From contig CT868529.1 in the NCBI GenBank assembly GCA_000165425.1, positions 186,001-250,000 on the forward strand: DNA of 64,000 nucleotides. The letters are read 5' to 3'. The position numbers and the translations under genes are program-made. The stretch's first letter is position 1. Every line of letters begins with the position of its first letter. The DNA comes from Paramecium tetraurelia (Eukaryota). This document shows positions 55,233-64,000 of the stretch, in pieces. The notes under the pieces are model-generated. The model was not told where the DNA came from and did not search any database. It saw only the letters and a program-made list of their open reading frames with translations.

Positions 55233-58200
55233 TCATAACTAAGACATCAATTCTTCTCTTTATTATTATATCTATTTTATCATTTTAGAGTATTCTATAC
55301 AAATTGTATCAACCATTTTTGAAATCGTCTATTGATGGTAATTCAAATATTTCAATGGATCCTCATCCTATTACCAACTTTATTTGTTAATAATTTCATT
55401 AGCTTTACAACAATATGAGTTCAAATACTAAGTTTACTCGTTTAAAACTTCTTTTATTTATGACTTAAAGGCTGTAGATTACATCAGTTGCTAGAATATT
55501 ATCTATGTAATTTAGACTAGTTTCTATTGTTACTTCATTTAGGTCGATTCAAATTAAAATAACTTAGAGTTTAGAAAGACGTAATCAATCTTCTATGTCA
55601 ATTCTAGCTATTATTTTAGTTCCTATACTTCTTTCCTTGTTTAATCCAAAGCTTTTTGCTGAGATTCCTTTAGTTAATTTAACTAAATTAATTCATTCTC
55701 TAATTCATCTTTTTTGGTTTTTAATTTATGTATTTATTGATTTGCACTTAAGTTTTAGTTTGTCTGAATTATTTCTAATTAAAGTTTTTATTGCTCGATA
55801 AGTTCTTTCTGGTTTTTTACACATTCAACAATCTATGATTTAATTTAATCAACATCTCCTTAATTTATATTGAATTATTTCATTAAAGTTAAAATAAATG
55901 AATCTAAATTTTCATCCTCTTTTAATTAAGGAGATTCTTATTTTTAGTCATCCAATACCGAATTACTATTGTCCATAAATGAAATTTCCTCTATGAATTT
56001 ATATCTTTAATTAAAAACCTTACAGAATTCTGAAATTTATTCTTCTTCTTCTAAGAAGAATGGGTTTTTAGAAAACATTTATTCAACTATGCTTTTCAAA
56101 TCTTGAAGTTCTTTTCTTAATTGATTATATTTTTCACGATAGTTTTTCTTAAATTTTATAAGCTTGTTTTTCTTGATCTCTTAAAGTTATTAATATCTTT
56201 TAATTATATCAAAAGATTAATTTAATTATGAGTTTGTAGTTTGATCCAAATTCTTCTGATTCTTACAAGCATTGAATTCCTTTTCCAATTAGATATTTAA
56301 TTATGAAAGTTCATCGTCTTTACCTTTTGTAAATATTTAAAATTAATACTTCGATAAACTTTTTCAATTTCAAATAACTATTGTTTAATTTCACTATATG
56401 TTTCATTGCATAAACTTAAATCAATTGTACACAATGATAACTGAGATTAATTTTGTAATCTCTCCTATGCTTGAATTATTAAATTATTCAATAAATGCAT
56501 ATTTATTTGAAATTCATCCTTCTTTTAGAATGTGCCATCTTCGTTTTCAGAATCTATCCATTTATTAAATTAATACTGTATTTTTCGTCTGTTGGCTATC
56601 TATTTTTTTTAAGCTAGCAGGTAAAATGAGGCGATTCTTAACAATTATTGATTTCATTTTCAAGTTAAGAATGATCTTACTTTGGAGGTGTTTGAAATTC
56701 ATTGAATCTCTAATTTTCAGCTAATTCTTATGATTCAACTCTCTACTCTACTTAATTTTCAATTTCCATTTAAACATTCTCATCAAAAGAAGAATTTTAT
56801 TACATTATTTATTTATTACTACTGGCAATGCAATATAAAAATAAATTCAAAAATAAAAAGTATATCATTACGCTTTAATTCTTCTCTCTTATATTTCCTT
56901 TAATAGCCTTTTGAATTGTTATAACGTCTCCTCATAAATATCCTTCAATTAATCATAATAATCTTTATAAAATCTTTCTATCTCTTTGGATTCCATTAAT
57001 TTTTAATTTTCTTTTTTTTGGCATGTCAAATTAAACTAATTCAATTTCTCCATTGTTAAATCAATTTATGTTCTGTTAGAATTTTCAGAAATAATGTATT
57101 ATCTAAATATTTTAAGTCCTAAGAAGTTAAAAAGAATAGATTATTATTATAAAGTGTAACACCCTTCCAATTACAATTTCATTATATTTTTATACTCCTC
57201 CATTAATTATTTTCTTATTTCATTTTATTTTCCTTAAACAAAATCGTTTAATGTTTGAATTTGTTCTTTCAAAAAAGTAATTTGATTTGCTTTTTTGCTG
57301 ATTTCAATAGACAATTCATAATTTTTTTTTTCCTAATCTGATACTTTTTGTAATGTATCATTTAGAATACCCTAGAGATTATTTTATCTAATATTTTCTT
57401 CCAATTATTTTTTTTCCACTTATAAACTTTTAATTCTCATTTCATACTTTTTTATTTCTTAATCCTAATTTTCAATTTGAGTCTCATAATCTTTCATAAC
57501 TGCTTTCTTAATTTGAGTCACTTATTAGTTTAGTTCTTCCATCATCTGCAATTTTTCAAATGCTTCATTGCCATTTTAACAAACCGCTCTTTAGTTTTAT
57601 TCAAATTTCTTTAATAAAGAATAAACATTTGAATCATTAAACTATCCTAATTAAGCCTCATTGGCTTGTTCTTGAAATCTATTTTATAACTCTTAATTAT
57701 TCTGTCTCTCCACATCCAATTCTTTTTTGATATTAATTAAAGATTTCTTCAAATCCTCATTCTCCTTATGTTTGATAGATAAATTATCAGACAAATCCTT
57801 TATTTTTGTTATATTCGATTAATTTTGCTTAAATATACTTTATAGTTTTTCTTTAAACTTTTCTAACTCTTTTTCCACTTCTAATCTTAATTTTTGATTC
57901 TCATTAATCAAACCCTATTTTAGACTTTCAAACTGAGTTCTTAATTGTAGTAAAGTTTCTTTGTAATTGGAAAACATCAAATAATAAATATTATGGTTAG
58001 CTTAAGATTCAATTTATCTATTTTAATGAATAGTTATTTCTTAACTTTATGGTTCGTAATTTTAAATTTAAGGCTAACTTCTAACTTGATTGGAGATTTA
58101 AATTTTGAATTGTTGCATTAACAACTTTACATCGTTTTGAATGAATTTCTATGATGCTTCCTTATAAATTATAAATTCCCTTTATAAATTTAAATATTCT

Positions 58201-58924
58201 TATGAGAGTTTAAGTTAATTCTATTTCAACCGCATAAATGATTCTTTCGCTCTTAATTCATATGAGGAATTAATAAAATGGCATGATGATCCAAATTCTT
58301 CATCTCCATTTTCTTAATTAAAATCTTCTTATTAGTTTGCCTTTGATTATTCAAGAGTTTCATTGTAAGCATTGGTATTTTAGTAGATTTTCTATTAATT
58401 ATCTCTATGGCCAACTAAATAATCTAAATTATTACACTTAATTTCATGATTGTTCGTATTTGAAATTAATTTGGTATCGGAGGGATTATTGATGAATTTA
58501 TTTTAGCTTTTGGTTTTAATATCTGAATCAATTATTTCCTTATCAGAAATATATTTTGGTGGTGAATCAAATGGGTTAACACTCGTTTCTTAAGAATACC
58601 CCTAATTTTTTGCTTTTTCTAATGACTCATCAAGAATGCGCTTTAATTCCTAAAAGTCCTAGATTTAATCCTTGTTCTAAAATTTTAAGTCAATTATTAT
58701 ACTTTGATTGTTACTATTTGAGTGCATAACCTTTAAGCAATTTATAATTAGTCAAGCAACCATTTGATCAAATCCTCTTTTTCCCTGTACAATTGGTTCA
58801 ATTCAGGGAAATCCCTCTTTTACGTTGTGTCTTAGAAATCATTCTATTCAGAGATTGGCGAACATTCCGGTTTTTATGGCTTATCTAAAGCTCAATAATA
58901 TTTAATACCTTTTTATTAATTCAT
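55233..58924 (-). CDS. Large hypothetical coiled-coil protein (about 1200 aa)
   Basis: MNQQK, intron, DKPQKPECSPISE...LYREKEDLIKWLLDQL; continuous Q/E/K/L-rich code-6 frame with tiny introns; ends QREELMSQL-TGA. Confidence 0.75.
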
Positions 58925-59320
58925 AATTTAATTATTTTTTTTTTTAGGAGATTTAACCATTTTGAGTATGATATATAAGTAATATATAGATAGACTAACA
59001 GATACAATAATAAAATTTGCAAATAAATTTATTTATCTACTATTATTATAATTCATTTTAAACCAACCAAAAAAGTATAGCTTATTCCATTTATTGTAAC
59101 TAACTTAGAAAGAATGGTCTAACAAGATATGGTAACTTTATGTCATTCAATAGAAATGAAATTGTTATTGACTTTATTTGATCTCATTAAATAATTGGTA
59201 AGCATAATAAATATTATTAGTAAATCTTAGTACATTATAAAATTAATTTTTGAATATCTATTATATTATAGTTTATATATTAACAGTTCATAATTATTTA
59301 TAAATTTACTTTTTAAATAC

Positions 59321-59874
59321 ATGTAGTTTTCTTCTAGTAAGGAAAGTTAATATTTGCTAACCTTATATGAAATGTGCAGAAGAAATGTTATAAATTAATC
59401 ATAAAAAGGGGAACTCAAAGGTAACTTTATCCTAGTGATTTAACAGATTTGCTAATTTAGGGTGACAGAAAAACTTAGGAAATTCTGCAGATTTATCAGA
59501 AAAATGAAAATAAATAAGAGTTAGAGAAAGGCATCCTTGATTTATTGGGTAAGCTCTCCAATGACATTATTTAGATCAATCTGATGAGTCTTATTCAGTT
59601 TACAGTATTCCTTCTTAATATAAATCTAGAAGACCAAAGCCAGTGTAAGTGAAATCGCTTGAGAAAAATTGGTAATAAATAAAAATAATGAAGGGCATGC
59701 AAATCTCAAGATTCTCTTAAATAAAAACCAATGATGTAGGAAGAATTGAATAAACTTAGTAAAGTTTTAAAAGAAAGATATTCTTTCAATCATCTCGAAT
59801 TGCAATAATCAAAAAATTAAGGCAAAAGATTATCTGAAAATTTCTATATAGAATCAGTTAACACAGGATTTTGA
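59321..59874 (+). CDS. Small hypothetical protein (3' end at 59837 or 59874 depending on a third intron)
   Basis: MQFSSSKESQYLLTLYEMCRRNVINQSQKGELK, intron, DLLIQGDRKTQEILQIY. Two clear 26-nt introns. Confidence 0.7.
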
Positions 59875-60180
59875 TTAATCATTAAAAATAATTGTTTTCT
59901 TATCCAAAGAGTCTAGAATATAATTTTTATAATTAAGTATTTGTAACAATGTTTAGTATTTATTCTGCAATTTTTACAATTACTTGGATTGGGTTTTTTC
60001 ATACACTAGTTTTTCTTTTAACAAAGGCTTCGTCCATTGCTTGATTTCCATTTGCTCTTATTTTATTTGTTCATATTATTCTTGAATCTTAAGTAATTAT
60101 TGTTATTTAATTTAGAGCTGAGCTCTAAGATTAGCTATTTCCTCTTATGATCTTTAGCAAGTTTCGCATAATTATTCCAT
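59854..60180 (-). CDS. Small hypothetical coiled-coil protein (108 aa)
   Basis: MEQLCETCQRSQEEIANLRAQLQIKQQQLLKIQEQYEQIKQEQMEIKQW... intronless to a TGA at 59854-59856. Confidence 0.55.
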
Positions 60181-60535
60181 GGGTAAAATTTATTATCAAA
60201 GTATATATCATTTATAAATAAAATTACTCCCTAATCAGTATTTAATAGTTAAAATATTTATTGTCTCTTTTATTATAATTAACAAGTTGAATCGTATATT
60301 GGTATATTTACACTTGAGATCTCACCAAATAATTCTATAATTTATATAAAAATTATTTATTATAATCAGATGTTCCTTAGTCATTTTTAAAGATTACAAT
60401 TTAGTGAAATTACATCAATTAAATTCTAAACTTATTAACAATTTATCAATTCAACGTATTAAATAATTTCTTTTTTGAGTACGGAGAATAAATTTATGCT
60501 TTAAATTTTCATAATATTGTAATAAATTATTTATA

Positions 60536-62062
60536 ATGATAGAACTGACGCTTATCATAATATATTTGCTTTAATAATTGAGCTGCTAAATGATCTTACT
60601 AAATGAGACCAATTTATCTTAAAAAGACATTTACTAGTTTGATAATTTTATACCATAAGGATTTTATTTAAAAATAGGAGAAGTAATTCTTTTCAGTTTA
60701 TCATCCTTGGATAATAGTGAAAATTAACCCATTATGGAGTTATGTACCGATTAATATAAAGCCAAGTTAATTTATTTTTTATTTTAGCTGTGTGATTGAT
60801 CACAATGCTATTGATTTTAAATTGAAGGTCTAAAATGTTAGGATTGTTAATTAAGCAAACATCTCGAATTCATATAAAACATAATATAATGCTATTCCTT
60901 TTAGCTCTAATGTTTATTTAGATATAAGATCCAATAATTCTTTTAATCTTATGGCTCAAATTACTAAATATTAAAATTGCCCTTAGTATAAATTTGTAAT
61001 AAGCCAAGCGATTGTAAAAATGGAGGAATTTGTAGCCAAGGCATATGTATTTGCCCTCAAAATTACTTTTCTCATGATTGTTCTATTATGGGCAAATCAA
61101 TACTAGAAACTTCAACACTGATAAGCTCTCAATTTTATTTTTTTGATATATATGAATGGATGGAAAAAGAGGAAAAGTTTACTCAATATTACTTCGCCAG
61201 ATTAGAGGAGCAAGCTGTAATTATTGTAGATTGCTATGCTAACAACCCATATTTGTTACAGAATACTACAGAGAGACAATTATCAATAATTAACATAACA
61301 GTGGATGAAATGTATAATTGTTTAAATTATGTGAATGAATTAGAATAAAATTCTTAATAATAATTTGCCAAAATAATAATCAAACTGAAACAACCCTTTA
61401 TTGTTTAATTTAAAGGTTCTGAAAGTCCAGTGGATCCCTTTGTTATAGGAATAGTAATAGGGAGTATTTCTCTTTTTATAATGATTGTCGTTATATACTG
61501 TATTTACAGATGTAAGAGAGATGATATATTATAAAAAAAGAAAAAAGAAGAACAGGAAAGATTGGAGAAGGAAAAGAAATTAATGGAAGAAAAAGAAAAT
61601 CAAATGATGCCTGAATTCTCTTATGCTGAAATCCTCTAAAAATTTCCTGGCTTAAAAAATGAACAAGAGTGTGAAATTTGTTTAAATGTATTCAAAGTCT
61701 AAGAAAGAGTGAAGGTTACTTATTGCACTCATATATTTCATGCTGATTGTTTAAAGTAATGGTTAAATAAGCATTAAGTAATAATTTAATGATCCTAGAC
61801 TTGTCCTATGTGCAGAGAAAACCTAAATGTTAGTTTATTAGTATAAAGTCATCTCTTGTCCTCTAGTGATCATTAAGGTCAGCATATCTCTGAGAATCAG
61901 TAGGCTCAATTCTTTTTATTAACTCCAAAATCTTAACACAATACAAGATTGTACGGAGACGAACATTAAATTGTAGTTTAACAATTTTCAGAATAAGTTA
62001 ATATCCCTCAAAATAATAATGAGGAGGAGGACTAAAACAAACAAAATTAATTGACAAAATGA
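60536..62062 (+). CDS. Receptor-like E3 ligase 1: signal peptide, ectodomain with EGF-like repeat, TM, RING-H2
   Basis: MIELTLIIIYLLQQLSC; CPYDCKNGGICSQGICICPQNYFSHDCS; TM VIGIVIGSISLFIMIVVIYCIY; CEICLNVF...TYCTHIFHADCLKQWLNKHQ, intron, TCPMCR. Confidence 0.88.
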
Positions 62063-62131
62063 GAAAACAATTTATTGATTGGTATAATTCAATATCATTT
62101 TTGTCAAAAAATTTAGGTAATAAATATAATT

Positions 62132-63529
62132 ATGTTATATATCATCTTATTCTCTTTTTGTCTTGCAGAATAACTCTTGAACTAACAATGGAATTATAAT
62201 ACTTCAGAAAACATTTTTGCTCTGAATATCACTTTTAACCTTTCTCTAATTGATAATGAAAAGCATTTGCGTTTTTACTTGTCACCATAATCTAATACAA
62301 CTAAGTCATTGCTCATTATATGTAATTCCAAGCCAAATAATACTTTGCTCAATATTCATTCACTCAAAACGTATTATAACAAATAACAGATAGATTAGGA
62401 TGTATTTATGATATCAATTCATATTATCAAAATTCATCGCAAGCCATTACTTTTGATAATAATCCTGTCTCTAAAGAAATTAGCGAATTATTTTCCATCT
62501 TTTATCTCTTCTCAAGCAATCCATTTATTGGAATAATTTCATAAGGAAATGAAAGTAGCTTTCTTCTTGAATTAACATAAATGCGAAAAAATTAATGTGC
62601 GAAGTATTAAAATAATATTAATTTAGAATCTGTTAAAACAATGGCAAATGCATCAATGGATTTTGTGAATGTCCAGTATCCTATTTGGGGAGTGATTGCA
62701 CTATTTAGATCAAAGACATCGAAAATTAATTAGACTTGGAACCAAAATAATATTACTTTTTTCATATTAAATCGTTCAATATTTCTAAGTTTGAAAGACA
62801 ATTAGAAACCTTTGTTGAAATTCGATATACATGCTAGCATCAATACTAGATGCAATTTTAAGGAGTGTAAATCACAACCAATTTGATTAATTTTAATCAA
62901 ACCTTTTTGCAATCCTGTTTAATGAAAACTATCGAAATGCAAGAACAACTCCCAATTAAATTACAATCCTATGTTATCTTTGAATAAACCTCATCAAATA
63001 GAATAAAGATTACACAATAAGAGAATCATTTTGTATTCTAAAATCTAATTGTTGCCTTCATTGCCTTGCTTATTTTAGCCTTATTAAGTATGCTCTACAT
63101 ATTTTACCATCATAAAAATCCAAAAGACTTGAAGGCCTTAAGGATTGTGCCTATTATTAAATTTTCTTTAGCCCTAGAGTAGGTAGAATAAACAGATATC
63201 GAGTGCGCTTTATGTATGAAGGAGCTCTAACAAAATTAGTCTGTCAGAATAACTTATTGCAATCATCTCTACCATGATTTTTGTTTTAAAATGTGGTGGA
63301 CCAATAACAAAGTAAAATTATTGGTTAGAATGTGTAGAGCTGCCCTCGTTGCAGATCTCCCTTAGATTTGGAGACTATGAGAAAAAATTAGAAAACAGAT
63401 ATCTTATAATAATCAACTTTCTCTAATCTTTAGAGCAATAGGAAAAAGAACTTAGTTACATTTGTTGATACTGGTTCAACAATTAGACATATGCCTATCT
63501 AGTAGAAATTGGAACTGTAAATTAAATGA
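62132..63529 (+). CDS. Receptor-like E3 ligase 2: signal peptide, ectodomain with EGF-like repeat, TM, RING-H2
   Basis: MLYIILFSFCLA; CAKICQNNGKCINGFCECPVSYLGSDCT; TM ILIVAFIALLILALLSMLYIL; CALCMKEL...TYCNHLYHDFCFKMWWTNNK, intron, SCPRCR. Confidence 0.88.
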
Positions 63530-63584
63530 ATAATTACTGAAATTTCTAATAATAAAAACTATGTGGTATTAAAATAATATTACT

Positions 63585-64000
63585 ATGATTATTTTATTCT
63601 TTCTAATCTGCATTAACTAAATAGTGAACCAAAAAATCGAAAAGACTTATTAGAGAGTGTAGGGTGTTTAATCTTTCTCAATAACCAATTTAACAAAAGA
63701 CGGCTTTCCTATGAGATCAAAGATAGCCATATCTCTTACTTACTATGATGGAGAAATACCTATTTTCTTATTGTGTTCAAATAAACCAAATGCCAATGTG
63801 ACGATGGAATATGATTCAATCACAAAGTAATAAAAAATTATAACTACTAGAGAATAATGTACTTATGATGCTAATGCCTATGAAGATAATAGTAAAAAGC
63901 AGGTAGTATCTCTTTAGGACAGATTAGAAATGAAAAAATATCATTCAAATTTCAATATTTACGAATTTAAAGGAAAGGGTTTATTTATAGGGGCAATTTC
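63585..64000 (+). CDS. Probable third paralogue of the receptor-like RING family (5' part only, runs off the window)
   Basis: Signal-like MIILFFLICI. IFLLCSNKPN and CTYDANAY match LIICNSKPN and CIYDINSY of gene 2 and CVIDHNAI of gene 1. Confidence 0.7.

Overview
AT-rich, gene-dense eukaryotic DNA, most consistent with the macronuclear genome of a Paramecium-like ciliate. TAA and TAG read as Gln and TGA is the only stop (translation table 6). Genes carry tiny GT-AG introns of about 22-31 nt, and many intergenic gaps are only tens of bases. The supplied ORF track treats TAA/TAG as stops, so it fragments real genes and lists many antisense shadows. Re-read by hand, the window holds about 30 protein-coding loci. 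Recognisable products: NDR kinase, PAS-domain multipass membrane protein, IQ/poly-Q/CEP350-like protein, C2H2 finger protein, phospholipase D, importin-beta-like protein, RPL32, divergent cyclin, SMC4, cyclic-nucleotide-binding K+ channel, VWA/alpha-kinase, histidine acid phosphatase, pseudokinase, SPIRAL1/Jupiter-like microprotein, dynamin-related GTPase, degenerate VWA protein, SHAQKYF-type Myb, cytosolic carboxypeptidase and a BI-1-like protein. There is also an SF-assemblin pseudogene and several coiled-coil hypotheticals. The most notable observations are a tandem array of diverged receptor-like proteins (signal peptide, EGF, TM, RING-H2), an alpha-kinase lacking all four zinc ligands, divergent gene pairs with start codons 14 and 24 nt apart, and a roughly 85-codon poly-Q tract written mostly in TAA/TAG. 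No tRNA, rRNA, CRISPR array or transposon was recognised. Coordinates are gene spans including introns and were derived by eye. Family calls come from recalled motifs, not database searches.
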